Of a stretch of DNA of 64,000 bases, positions 40,638 through 50,153 are shown one piece after another (the first letter of the stretch is position 1; each line of letters starts with the position of its first letter). The DNA is from Allosphingosinicella sp. (lineage in GTDB: Bacteria > Pseudomonadota > Alphaproteobacteria > Sphingomonadales > Sphingomonadaceae): NCBI GenBank assembly GCA_035941735.1, contig DASZDS010000034.1, positions 145,109-209,108 on the forward strand, read 5' to 3'. The translations under genes and the position numbers were made by a program. The notes below the pieces were generated by a model that worked only from the letters and a program-made list of their open reading frames with translations, was not told the origin of the DNA and did no database searches.

Positions 40638-42938
40638 ATGCAGGAGAAAGAGCTCAGGATCGCCCTGGTCTGCTACGGCGGCGTCAGCCTCGCCGTCTAC
40701 ATGCACGGCATCACCAAGGAAATCTGGCGCCTCGCCAAGGCGAGCCAGGCGGTCCATTCGAGCGACGCCGCCGAAGCCGCCCACGACGACGTCTATGCGC
40801 GGCTTCTGCGCACCATCGCGGCGGAGGCGCAGGTCGACCTCCATATCCTGGTCGACATCCTGTCCGGAGCGAGCGCCGGCGGGATCAACGCCATCTTCCT
40901 CGCCCACGCCATCGCCACCGGCCAGACGATCGACCCGCTGACCGAGCTCTGGCTCGAATCGGCCGACGTCGATTCGCTGCTCGATCCCGGCGGCGGCGCG
41001 GTGTCGCGCGCGGCGAAGATGGCGGCGGTGCCGATCGCCTGGGCGCTGTCGAGGCGCGCCGGCACGGTCGACAAGACGGTCGAGGCCGGCCACCGCGCCG
41101 AGATCCGGGCGAAGCTCGCCAATTTCGTGCGCGCGCCCTGGTTCGCGCCGCCGTTCGGCGGGCCCCAGTTCACCAACCTGATCCTCAACGCGTTCGAGGC
41201 GATGGAGCAGGGCCCCAAGGGCGATCCCCTGCTGCCCGCCTACCAGCCGCTCGACCTGTTCGTCACCGTCACCGATTTCCACGGCCATCCCGAGCGGCTG
41301 CGGCTCAATTCGCCGCCCGAGGCGATCGAGACCGAGCATCGGCTCACCCTTTCCTTCCAGGATCCGGGCGGCGGCGAGCGCCGGCTCGCCGACCCGGCCG
41401 AGCTCGCCTTCGCGGCGCGGGCGACGGCGAGCTTCCCCGGCGCCTTCCCGCCCTTCCGGGTCGACGAGCTCGACCGCTGCCTCGAGCAGCGCCACCGGCC
41501 CTGGCCCGGCCGCGACGCCTTCCTCGCCCGCGCCCTGCCGCAGCGCGCCGCCATGGGCGAGGCCGAGAAAGCGGTGCTGATCGACGGCTCGGTGCTGCAC
41601 AACCGGCCGTTCGGGCCGGCGGTGGCGGCGCTCGAGAAGCGCCCCGCGCGGCGCGAGGTCGACCGCCGCTTCGTCTATATCGACCCCAAGCCGGGGATGA
41701 AGACCGTTCGCCTCGCCGAGCATGACGAGGCCGAGATGCCGGGCTTCTTCGGCACGATCTTCGGCGCCCTTTCCGACATTCCGCGCGAGCAGCCGATCCG
41801 CGACAATCTCGAGACGATCGAACGGATGTCGGCGCGGGTCCGGCGCCTCAGGCGGATCATCGAATCGATCCGCCCCGAGGTCGAGGCGGCGATCGAGCGG
41901 GCGGTCGGATCGAGCTTCTTCCTGAACCGCCCGACGGCGGCCCGGCTCGCCGCCTGGCGGAGCCGGGCGCACAAGCTGTCCGCGCGCGAGGCCGGCTATG
42001 CCTATGCCGCCTACGGCCAGCTCAAGATTGCCACCGTCGTCGAGGAGACGGCCGCCCTCCTCTTCCGGCTCGGCGGCGGCGACGGCGGCCGCCGCGCCGC
42101 CCTCCGCCGCGCGATCTGGCGGCATGTCCGCGCCGTCGGCCTGACCGACGCCGAGGCGGTCACCGCCGACGGCGCGCGCGCCGACGTCATCGCCTTTCTG
42201 GGCGCGTTCGATCTCACCTTCCGGACCCGGCGGCTGCGCTTCGTCGCGCGGCGGATCACCGAGAATTCGGAGAGCATGGCGGCGCCGCGCGAGCAGCAGG
42301 AGCGGGTGCTCTTGATGCTGCACGGCACGATCGCCCGCTACCGCGCCCGCGAGTCCGGGGAGGCCGACGAAGCGAGCCGGCGCGCCTTCGCCGCGGCGGA
42401 AACCGACCCGGCCGCGGCCCTGGCCGCGCTCGCCCGCCTGCTCGATCTGCCGCCGCTCGACGCGGAGGCGGATCGCGCGCTCAGCGAGGCGCTCCTCGCT
42501 TTGCCCCGCGCCGACCGCAAGCCGCTGCTCCTCTCCTATCTCGGCTATCCCTATTTCGACATCGCCACCCTGCCCCTGCTCCAGGGCGAGGGGCTCGACG
42601 AGTTCGATCCGATCAAGGTCGACCGGATATCGCCCAACGACGCGACCGCGATCCGCGCGGGCGGCCCGGAGCAGACATTGAAGGGGCTCCAGTTCAACAG
42701 CTTCGGCGCCTTCTTCAGCCGCGCCTATCGCGAGAACGACTATCTCTGGGGCCGCCTGCACGGCGTCGACCGGCTGATCGACATCGTCAACTCCGCCGTG
42801 CCCGAGGCGAAGCGGCTCGCCCCGGCCGCCGTCGCCGCATTGAAGCGCGACGCCTTCCGCGCCATCCTCGAGGAGGAAAGGCCGCGATTGAAGACGATCG
42901 GCGCGCTGTTCGCCGAGCTCGACCGCGAAATCGGCTGA
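40638..42938 (+). CDS. patatin-like phospholipase family protein with a long C-terminal DUF3376-type region
   Basis: The ATG at 40638 gives MQEKELRIALVCYGGVSLAVY (oxyanion loop). GASAG is the nucleophile elbow and LIDGSVLHNRPF carries the catalytic Asp. The C-terminal YRENDYLWGRLHG motif is as in the patatin-related TIGR03607/DUF3376 proteins, from memory. Confidence 0.8.
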   Translation: MQEKELRIALVCYGGVSLAVYMHGITKEIWRLAKASQAVHSSDAAEAAHDDVYARLLRTIAAEAQVDLHILVDILSGASAGGINAIFLAHAIATGQTIDPLTELWLESADVDSLLDPGGGAVSRAAKMAAVPIAWALSRRAGTVDKTVEAGHRAEIRAKLANFVRAPWFAPPFGGPQFTNLILNAFEAMEQGPKGDPLLPAYQPLDLFVTVTDFHGHPERLRLNSPPEAIETEHRLTLSFQDPGGGERRLADPAELAFAARATASFPGAFPPFRVDELDRCLEQRHRPWPGRDAFLARALPQRAAMGEAEKAVLIDGSVLHNRPFGPAVAALEKRPARREVDRRFVYIDPKPGMKTVRLAEHDEAEMPGFFGTIFGALSDIPREQPIRDNLETIERMSARVRRLRRIIESIRPEVEAAIERAVGSSFFLNRPTAARLAAWRSRAHKLSAREAGYAYAAYGQLKIATVVEETAALLFRLGGGDGGRRAALRRAIWRHVRAVGLTDAEAVTADGARADVIAFLGAFDLTFRTRRLRFVARRITENSESMAAPREQQERVLLMLHGTIARYRARESGEADEASRRAFAAAETDPAAALAALARLLDLPPLDAEADRALSEALLALPRADRKPLLLSYLGYPYFDIATLPLLQGEGLDEFDPIKVDRISPNDATAIRAGGPEQTLKGLQFNSFGAFFSRAYRENDYLWGRLHGVDRLIDIVNSAVPEAKRLAPAAVAALKRDAFRAILEEERPRLKTIGALFAELDREIG

Positions 42939-42976
42939 GGCTGGACGAATCCTCCGTTTTCTAGGAAGGTGGGCCG

Positions 42977-43309
42977 ATGCAGTTTCTCAAGGCTCTCTTC
43001 TGGCTCGTCCTCGGATTCGTCATCGCTCTGTTTCTCTACGCGAATAGCGGCGGGCAACCCGTGGAGATCAACATCTGGGGCGACCTGATCGTGTCGGTCA
43101 AGCTGCCGGTCCTGCTCGTCGTCATGTTCCTGCTCGGCTTCCTGCCGACCTTCCTCATCTACAAGGCGCGTTTGTGGTCGCTGCAGCGGCGGCTCGAGAC
43201 GCAGGCGCAGGCGCATGTCGTCAGCCACCCGGCGCCGGCGCGGCCCGTTCCCGCCGCCAACGCGCCGGTCCGGCCGGCGAGCGACGCCGACGCCTGGCCC
43301 GCCGCATGA
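42977..43309 (+). CDS. LapA-domain (DUF1049) inner membrane protein
   Basis: Two TM helices ([14 protein letters not shown] and [20 protein letters not shown]) and [11 protein letters not shown]. The stop overlaps the pyrF ATG. Confidence 0.65.
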   Translation: MQFLKALFWLVLGFVIALFLYANSGGQPVEINIWGDLIVSVKLPVLLVVMFLLGFLPTFLIYKARLWSLQRRLETQAQAHVVSHPAPARPVPAANAPVRPASDADAWPAA

Positions 43310-43980
43310 CGCGGCCGATCTACATCGCGCTCGACACCACGGATCTCGACCGCGCGCGGGCGATCGCCGCCAAGGTCCGCACCCATGTCGGCGGCATCAA
43401 GCTCGGCCTCGAATTCTACTCGGCCAACGGCCCCGAAGGGGTGCGGGCGATGGCCGCGCTCGATCTGCCGCTGTTCCTCGATCTGAAGCTCCACGACATC
43501 CCCAACACCGTCGCCAAGGCGGTGCAGGCGCTCTACCCGCTCGGGCCCGCCATCCTCACCGTCCATGCCGCCGGCGGCCGGGCGATGATGGAGGACGCCA
43601 AGGCGGCGGCGCCGTCGGGCACCAGGGTGGTGGGGGTGACCGTGCTGACCAGCCTCGACGACGACGATCTCGATTCGATCGGCGTCGACGCCAACCCCCA
43701 TTGCCAGGTGGCGCGCCTGACCGAGCTCGCCCGCGAGGCGGGGCTCGACGGCGTGGTCTGCTCGGGGGCCGAGGTCGCGGCGGCGAAAAAATCCTGGCCC
43801 GACGGCTTCTTCGTCGTTCCCGGGGTCCGCCCGGCCTGCGCCTCGACCGGCGACCAGAAGCGCGTCGTCACCCCCCGCCAGGCGCTCGACGCCGGCGCCT
43901 CGATCCTGGTCGTCGGCCGGCCGATCACCCAGGCCGCCGACCCGGACCAGGCCGCAAGGGCGATCGCGGCGACGCTGTAG
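43306..43980 (+). CDS. pyrF: orotidine 5'-phosphate decarboxylase
   Basis: [23 protein letters not shown] and VVGRPITQA are PyrF signatures. Confidence 0.92.
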   Translation: MTRPIYIALDTTDLDRARAIAAKVRTHVGGIKLGLEFYSANGPEGVRAMAALDLPLFLDLKLHDIPNTVAKAVQALYPLGPAILTVHAAGGRAMMEDAKAAAPSGTRVVGVTVLTSLDDDDLDSIGVDANPHCQVARLTELAREAGLDGVVCSGAEVAAAKKSWPDGFFVVPGVRPACASTGDQKRVVTPRQALDAGASILVVGRPITQAADPDQAARAIAATL

Positions 43981-44030
43981 GTGGACTTGGCGCGGCGTCG
44001 GGCCTATCCGCCCGGCCCGAGGAGCTTCTT

Positions 44031-44885
44031 ATGTCTTGGCTGAACCGGGTCCGCAACTCCATCCCCTTCCTCCCCAAGCGGGAAACGCCCGACAATCTCT
44101 GGCACAAATGCCCCGAATGCGAGGCGATGGTCTTCTCCAAGGAATATGAGGACAATCTCTACGTCTGCCCGCGCTGCGACCATCACGGCCGGATCGGCCC
44201 GACCCTGCGCTTCGACATGCTGCTCGATCCGGGCTACACCGTGCTGCCCCCGCCCCAGGTCCGCGAGGACCCGCTCAAGTTCCGCGATTCCAAGCGCTAC
44301 AGCGAGCGGATCAAGGCCGCCCGCGCCGCGACCGGCGAGCCCGACGCCCTGGTCAACGCGCGCGGCACGATCGAGGGCAACCGCCTCGTCCTCGGCGTCC
44401 AGGACTTCGCCTTCATGGGCGGCTCGATGGGGATGGCGGTCGGCGCCGCCTTCGTCGCCGGCGCCCGCGCCGCGATCGAGGACCGATGCCCCTATGCGAT
44501 CGTCACCGCCGCCGGCGGCGCCCGCATGCAGGAGGGCATATTGTCGCTGATGCAGATGCCCAAGGCGACGGTCGCCATCGCCGAATTGAAGGAAGCCGGC
44601 CTGCCCTATATCGTCATCCTCGCCGATCCGACCACGGGCGGCGTCACCGCCTCCTACGCGATGCTGGGCGACGTCCACGTCGCCGAGCCCGGCGCGCTGA
44701 TCGGCTTCGCCGGCCAGAGGGTGATCGAGAACACGATCCGCGAGAAGCTGCCCGAAGGGTTCCAGCGCGCCGAATATCTGCTCGATCACGGCATGGTCGA
44801 CATGGTCGTCCACCGCAAGGAATTGCGCGGCCGCCTGGCGCTGCTGCTCGATTACCTGACGCCAACGAGGAAGGCGGCGGCGTAA
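44031..44885 (+). CDS. accD: acetyl-CoA carboxylase carboxyltransferase subunit beta
   Basis: Zinc ribbon ([26 protein letters not shown]) and FAFMGGSMG. Confidence 0.95.
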   Translation: MSWLNRVRNSIPFLPKRETPDNLWHKCPECEAMVFSKEYEDNLYVCPRCDHHGRIGPTLRFDMLLDPGYTVLPPPQVREDPLKFRDSKRYSERIKAARAATGEPDALVNARGTIEGNRLVLGVQDFAFMGGSMGMAVGAAFVAGARAAIEDRCPYAIVTAAGGARMQEGILSLMQMPKATVAIAELKEAGLPYIVILADPTTGGVTASYAMLGDVHVAEPGALIGFAGQRVIENTIREKLPEGFQRAEYLLDHGMVDMVVHRKELRGRLALLLDYLTPTRKAAA

Positions 44886-44981
44886 CCGTCATGCTGAACT
44901 TGATTCAGCATCCATGAACACGGTGTTGGGGAACAGGGCATCTCCGCGTTCATGGACCCTGAATCAAGTTCAGGGTGACGG
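44886..44981. repeat. REP family A, inverted dimer; fills the accD-folC spacer exactly
   Basis: CCGTCATGCTGAACTTGATTCAGCATCCATGAAC ... GTTCATGGACCCTGAATCAAGTTCAGGGTGACGG. Confidence 0.8.
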
Positions 44982-44984
44982 CTG

Positions 44985-46298
44985 ATGGCGGACCGCGCCC
45001 GTTCCGACGATCCCGCCGTCCAGGCGCAGCTCGACCGGCTGGCCCTGCTCTCGCCGGGGCGCGACATTCTCGGGCTGGAGCGGATCGCCGAGCTGCTCGG
45101 CCGGCTCGGCCATCCCGAGCGGGCGCTGCCGCCGGCGCTCCACGTCGCCGGCACCAACGGCAAGGGCTCGACCTGCGCCTTCCTGCGCGGCGCGATCGAG
45201 GCGGCGGGGCTGACGGCGCACGTCTATGCGAGCCCGCACCTCGTCCGCTTCAACGAACGCATCCGCCTCGCCGGCCGGCTGATCGACGATGCGGCCCTGG
45301 CCGCCCTGCTTTGCGAGACGCTGGACGCCGCCGGGAACATGGAGATCAGCTTCTTCGAGGCGACCACCGCGGCCGCCTTCCTCGCCTTCGCGCGGGCCCC
45401 GGCCGACGCCTGCATCGTCGAGGTCGGGCTCGGCGGCCGCCTCGACGCGACCAACGTGGTCGAAGCGCCGCTCGTCTGCGGCATCGCCCAATTGGGCCAC
45501 GACCATCATGCCTTCCTCGGCGACCGGCTCGAAGAGATCGCCGCGGAAAAGGCCGGCATCGCCAAAGCGGGCGTGCCGCTCGTCACCGAGGCCTATCCGG
45601 AAGCGATCGCGGCGACGGTCGAGCGGGCCGCGGCCGCGGCCGGCGCGATCTGGCTGCCGCGCGGGCGCGGCTGGGACGCCGAGATCGGCGCCGCCTATTG
45701 CTACCGCGACCAATGGGGGGTGATCGAGTTCGCGCCCGAGCTGGGCGGCGCGCACCAGGCCCGCAACGCCGCGCTCGCCATCGCCATGCTGCGCCACCAG
45801 CATGTGCTCGACGTGCCGGAAGCGGCGCTCAAGGCCGGCATACGCTGGACGGAATGGCCGGCGCGGCTGCAGCGCCTGGCGCCGGGGCCGCTGCGCGATC
45901 TGCTTCCCGCCGAGGCCGAATTGTGGCTCGACGGGGCCCACAATCCCGCCGCCTCGCGCGCGGTCGCGGACCATTTCCGCGGGCTCGGCGGGCCCTTCCA
46001 CCTGATCCTGGGCCTGCTCGCCAACAAGGACGCCGCCGGCGTGCTGCAGCCGTTCCGCGGCCGCGCGCTCACCGTCCACGCGGTCCCGGTGCCCGGCCAC
46101 GAGCACCATCCGCCCGCCGCGCTGGCCGCTCTGGCGCGCGAAGCCGGGATGGCGGCGAGGGAGGCGGCGGGAGTCGCCGACGCGCTCGGCTGGATCGCCC
46201 GCCACGCCGATCGCGCCCGGCCGCCGGTGGCGCTGGTGATGGGCTCGCTCTACCTCGCCGGCGAAGTGCTCGCCGCCAACGGTCAGGCGCCGGACTGA
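44985..46298 (+). CDS. folC: bifunctional folylpolyglutamate synthase / dihydrofolate synthase
   Basis: HVAGTNGKGST P-loop and Mur ligase family architecture. accD-folC adjacency is common. Confidence 0.92.
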   Translation: MADRARSDDPAVQAQLDRLALLSPGRDILGLERIAELLGRLGHPERALPPALHVAGTNGKGSTCAFLRGAIEAAGLTAHVYASPHLVRFNERIRLAGRLIDDAALAALLCETLDAAGNMEISFFEATTAAAFLAFARAPADACIVEVGLGGRLDATNVVEAPLVCGIAQLGHDHHAFLGDRLEEIAAEKAGIAKAGVPLVTEAYPEAIAATVERAAAAAGAIWLPRGRGWDAEIGAAYCYRDQWGVIEFAPELGGAHQARNAALAIAMLRHQHVLDVPEAALKAGIRWTEWPARLQRLAPGPLRDLLPAEAELWLDGAHNPAASRAVADHFRGLGGPFHLILGLLANKDAAGVLQPFRGRALTVHAVPVPGHEHHPPAALAALAREAGMAAREAAGVADALGWIARHADRARPPVALVMGSLYLAGEVLAANGQAPD

Positions 46299-47038
46299 CG
46301 CAGCTCCGCGAGCTGCTCGGCCGCCCAATCGTACATGCCGGCCTGCTTGGCGCGCTCGTAGCGATCCATCCTCTTCGCGCGTTTCTCCGCCTCGACGAGC
46401 AACGGCAGCGCCTCGGCGCGACGCCCACGGGCGATGAGCAAGGCGGCCTGGCGGCACTGCGCCTCGGCCCCCGGCATCCGCTCGCCGACATCGGCATAGA
46501 TGGCGAGCGCGCGCGCGGCGTTGCCGGCTTCCTCGAGCAGGCGCGCATGCAGCAAGGCGGCGCGGTCGTTCTCGCTCGCCGAGCCCGACGGCGGCAGCGC
46601 CTCGATGAGGGAAAGGGCGCGGTCGGACCAGCCCGCCTCGAAACAGGCCTTGGCGAGCTTCAGCCGGAGCCCGCGATCGACCCCGGGCGCCTTCGCCTCG
46701 GCCTGCTCGTAATGCGGGATCGCCTCGGCCCAGCGCCCGAGCGCGCCGAGCGCGTCGGCGAGGTCGGTCCGGTTGGCGGCGGTGTCGGCGACCTCGAGCG
46801 CGTCGCGGGCGAGCCTCAAATCGCGCTCGGGATCGATCGCCTTGGCGGCGGCCTGCCTGACCGCGCGGACGGAGCGGCGGCCGGCATAATCGGGGAGGAT
46901 CTCGAAGATCGCATAAGCGAGGCAGCCGGGGATCGAGAGGAAGATGATCACCATCAGCCACAGCTGGTTGCGGCCGCCGCGGACGCAGTGCACCGCGCAC
47001 GCGATCTGGATCACGATCGAGAGCGCGATGATCGGCAT
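46283..47038 (-). CDS. membrane-anchored TPR-like protein with a PLD-N-type N-terminal double TM helix
   Basis: MPIIALSIVIQIACAVHCVRGGRNQLWLMVIIFLSIPGCLAYAIFEILP (PLDc_N-like), then helical repeats rich in A/L/R/E. Confidence 0.6.
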   Translation of the reverse strand: MPIIALSIVIQIACAVHCVRGGRNQLWLMVIIFLSIPGCLAYAIFEILPDYAGRRSVRAVRQAAAKAIDPERDLRLARDALEVADTAANRTDLADALGALGRWAEAIPHYEQAEAKAPGVDRGLRLKLAKACFEAGWSDRALSLIEALPPSGSASENDRAALLHARLLEEAGNAARALAIYADVGERMPGAEAQCRQAALLIARGRRAEALPLLVEAEKRAKRMDRYERAKQAGMYDWAAEQLAELRQSGA

Positions 47039-47040
47039 GG

Positions 47041-48399
47041 CTACGGCGCCGGCTGCGCCGCCGCCCGGGCGTCACCCTCGCCTTCCCTGCCGGCGGTGCC
47101 GATCGAGGCGTCGACGAGCCCGGAGCGGATCATCCACCAGAACAGCACGATGCCGGGCAGTGCGGCGAGCGTGGTGAGCCAGTAGAAATTCACGAAGCCG
47201 ATCTCCTCGACGACCGCGCCCGCGGTCGTGCCGGTCAGCACCCGGCCGACGATGCTCGCCGCCGCCGAGATCAGCGCATATTGCGACGCCGTGAAGCGAA
47301 GGTCGGTCAGCGCGGAGAAATAGGCGACCACCACGACTCCGCCGATGCCGCTCGCGACGTTCTCGAACGTCATGCAGGCGGCCAGGCCGAGATTGGTGTG
47401 GCCCGCCATCGCGAGCAAAGCGAAGCTCGCGTTCGACACGCCCATCAGAATGAGCGCGAGCAGCACCGATCGCTTCATGCCGATCGCCGCATAAAGCGCG
47501 CCGCCGATGAAGATGCCGACCAGGAACGCCCAGAAGCCGACGCCGACGTCGTAGATCGCGATCTGATCGTTGGTATAGCCCATGTCGTCGAGCAGCAGCC
47601 GCAGCACGAGCTGGCCGAGCGTGTCACCGATCTTGTGGAGCAGGATGAAGAGCAGGACGAGCAGCGCGCCCTTGCGCATGAAGAATTCCGCGAACGGGCC
47701 CCAGATCGCGGCGATCGCTTCGCCCAGTCCCTTGCGCGCGGTCGGCTCCTTGTGCCGCTCCGGCTCGCCGACGATCAGCCCGGTCAGCATCGCCGGCAGC
47801 GCGAACGCGGCGCAGGCGAGATAGGCCAGCTCCCAGCCGACCCGGGCGGCGAGCACCAAAGCGAGCGCGCCCGCCATGAAGGCGCCCAGCCGCCAGCCAT
47901 ATTGGGACATGCCCGATCCGACGCCGAGCTGGCGCGGCTCCAGCAATTCGATCCGGTAGGCGTCGATGACGATGTCGAACGTGGCGCCCGCGGCCCCGAC
48001 CAGGATCGCGGCCAAGGCGGTCTGGAAGATGTTCGCCGACGGATCCTGGAAGGCCAGATTGGCGACCGCCCCCATCACCAGCACGCCCGCGACCAGCAGC
48101 CAGGAAACGCGCTGGCCGAGCCGGTGCAGGACGGGAATGCGCACCCCGTCGACGATCCACGCCCAGAGGAACTTGAAATTGTAGACGAGGAAGGCGAGCG
48201 CGAAGGTGGTGACGGTCGACTTGGTGATTCCGTCCTGGGCGAGCCGCGTGGTAAGCGTCGCGCCGATCATCGCATAGGGGAAGCCCGAGGAAATGCCGAC
48301 GAAGAAGGCGGCGATCGGCGCCTTTTCCGTATAGGGGCGAACGCCGGCTGGGAGGACGTCGCGCCAGGAGCGCGCTGCGGCTTGGCTTGGTTCGCTCAT
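47041..48399 (-). CDS. ampG: AmpG family muropeptide MFS transporter
   Basis: The ATG at 48399 gives MSEPSQAA. FFVGISSGFPYAMIGATLTTRLAQDG and FLWAWIVDG are typical of AmpG. Confidence 0.8.
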   Translation of the reverse strand: MSEPSQAAARSWRDVLPAGVRPYTEKAPIAAFFVGISSGFPYAMIGATLTTRLAQDGITKSTVTTFALAFLVYNFKFLWAWIVDGVRIPVLHRLGQRVSWLLVAGVLVMGAVANLAFQDPSANIFQTALAAILVGAAGATFDIVIDAYRIELLEPRQLGVGSGMSQYGWRLGAFMAGALALVLAARVGWELAYLACAAFALPAMLTGLIVGEPERHKEPTARKGLGEAIAAIWGPFAEFFMRKGALLVLLFILLHKIGDTLGQLVLRLLLDDMGYTNDQIAIYDVGVGFWAFLVGIFIGGALYAAIGMKRSVLLALILMGVSNASFALLAMAGHTNLGLAACMTFENVASGIGGVVVVAYFSALTDLRFTASQYALISAAASIVGRVLTGTTAGAVVEEIGFVNFYWLTTLAALPGIVLFWWMIRSGLVDASIGTAGREGEGDARAAAQPAP

Positions 48400-48484
48400 G
48401 TTCGTCTTTGTAACGGCTCCCGGCCTGCCGGGAAGCAATTTTGCGCGCTTGCGTTGCGGACGGCAAAGACGCACCATCGCCGCC

Positions 48485-49624
48485 ATGGACATGCCGACCC
48501 GGCAGCGGCCGACCGCAGGCCAGCTGAACCTCGCCCGGATCCTCGCGCTCGGCGAGCCCACGCGGGGCGAGCGCATCACGACCGTGCCCGCCTCGGCCTA
48601 CACCGACCCGGCCCGCTTCGCGGCCGAGAAAGCGAAGCTGTTCGACCGGCTGCCGCAGGTGATCGCGCCCTCGGCCCTGCTGCCCGAGCCGAGCATGGCG
48701 GTGGCGCATGACGGCTTCGGCATGCCGCTGCTGCTGACCCGCGACAAAGCGGGCCAGGCGCACGTCTTCTGGAACGTCTGCCGGCACCGCGGCACCCGGC
48801 TGGTCGAGGCCGGCGAGGTGCGGAAATGCCCGCGCATCACCTGCCCCTACCACGCCTGGACCTATACCGCCGACGGCGCGCTCGCGGCGATGCCGCGGCC
48901 CGACACCTTCCCCGGCCTCGACAAGGCCGACCACCACCTCAAGCCGCTGCCGAGCCGGGAGGCGGGCGGGCTGATCTGGTTCGCGGCGGACGAGCGCGCG
49001 GACTTCGGCGACGCCGAGGCGCTGGCGCCCGAATTCGACGCCTTCGGGCTTGCCGGCCACCATCTCTTCCGTCGCCGGATCCACGACGTGCCGGCGAACT
49101 GGAAGCTGATCATGGACGCCTTCCTGGAAAGCTACCACGTCCAGCGGCTCCACGCGCAGACGATCGCCCGCTTCTTCACCGACGGCATCACCGTCGGCGA
49201 CTTCATCGGCATCCATCAGCGCTCGGCGGTCGGCCGCACCGAATATCTGGCCGAGATCGACCATGAGGACTGGCCGGCTTTGCGCGCGGTGATCACCTTC
49301 GCCTATCAGCTGTTCCCGGCGACGATCATGATCATGAGCCCGGATTATGTGAACCTGATGGTGCTGATGCCGCAGGATGAGGGCCGCACCCTGGTCGAGG
49401 ATTTCATGCTGATCCCCGAGGCGCCGCGCACGCCCGAGGAGATCGACCATTGGGAGCGCAGCTGGACCCTGCTCGACGAAGGCGTGTTCGCGGCCGAGGA
49501 CTACCGCGCCGCCGCTTTGGGCCAGAACGGCCTCGCCTCGGGCGCGATCGACCTCGTCACCCTTGGCACGCTCGAAACCGGCATCCGCCACTTCCACGAC
49601 CAGGTGGAGCGGGCGCTCGGCTAG
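48485..49624 (+). CDS. Rieske [2Fe-2S] aromatic-ring-hydroxylating oxygenase alpha subunit family protein
   Basis: Rieske motif CRHRG...CPYHAW. The catalytic-domain residues ESYHVQRLH include a non-haem iron His motif. The ATG at 48485 gives MDMPTRQ. Confidence 0.8.
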   Translation: MDMPTRQRPTAGQLNLARILALGEPTRGERITTVPASAYTDPARFAAEKAKLFDRLPQVIAPSALLPEPSMAVAHDGFGMPLLLTRDKAGQAHVFWNVCRHRGTRLVEAGEVRKCPRITCPYHAWTYTADGALAAMPRPDTFPGLDKADHHLKPLPSREAGGLIWFAADERADFGDAEALAPEFDAFGLAGHHLFRRRIHDVPANWKLIMDAFLESYHVQRLHAQTIARFFTDGITVGDFIGIHQRSAVGRTEYLAEIDHEDWPALRAVITFAYQLFPATIMIMSPDYVNLMVLMPQDEGRTLVEDFMLIPEAPRTPEEIDHWERSWTLLDEGVFAAEDYRAAALGQNGLASGAIDLVTLGTLETGIRHFHDQVERALG

Positions 49625-50049
49625 ACGGTCACCCAGAGCGTAAGCTGCTGTGGAACCTTGCGCGGCTGGCGCCCCTGGAGATGGCGGTCGATCGCGTCGA
49701 GCGCGCCGAGCAGGACGCGTTCGGAATAAGGCTTGGCGAGGCAGCCCAGCGCCAGGCTCCTGGCCTCCTCGCTGCAATCGCCGGTGACGATCAGCACCGG
49801 CACGCCCCTGGCGGCGGCGGCGCGGGCGACGTCGAAGCCGTCGCCCTCGCCCGCGAGGGTCAGATCGGTGAGGACGAGATCGAGCTCGGCCTCGCCGATC
49901 ACCCTCGCCGCGTCGGCATAGGAATCGACCGTGGCGACGACCTCATAATCGGCGTCCTGCAGCATGTTCTCATTGTCGAAGGCGACCAGAGGTTCGTCCT
50001 CGACGATGAGGATCCGCCTGATCCGCCTTTCGCGTTTGCCGAAGAGCAT
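49621..50049 (-). CDS. single-domain response regulator (CheY-like receiver)
   Basis: ILIVEDEPLV, LVLTDLTL (phospho-acceptor Asp), LIVTG and LAKPY. There is no output domain and no kinase gene adjacent. Confidence 0.75.
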   Translation of the reverse strand: MLFGKRERRIRRILIVEDEPLVAFDNENMLQDADYEVVATVDSYADAARVIGEAELDLVLTDLTLAGEGDGFDVARAAAARGVPVLIVTGDCSEEARSLALGCLAKPYSERVLLGALDAIDRHLQGRQPRKVPQQLTLWVTV

Positions 50050-50153
50050 GTAGGGCGCACCCCTCCCATCTGGACGATCCCGTAACGACCAATTTGGGGC
50101 CTTGTGCCCCGCATCGCAATCGCCTGGACGCAAATAGGCTTCGAACCGACGAG

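Noticed and set aside
40638-42938. The patatin-like protein as an effector of a CBASS-type or similar anti-phage signalling system.
   Set aside because: There is no cyclase/nucleotidyltransferase, TIR, SAVED or other sensor gene adjacent. The C-terminal region matches the stand-alone patatin/DUF3376 architecture instead.
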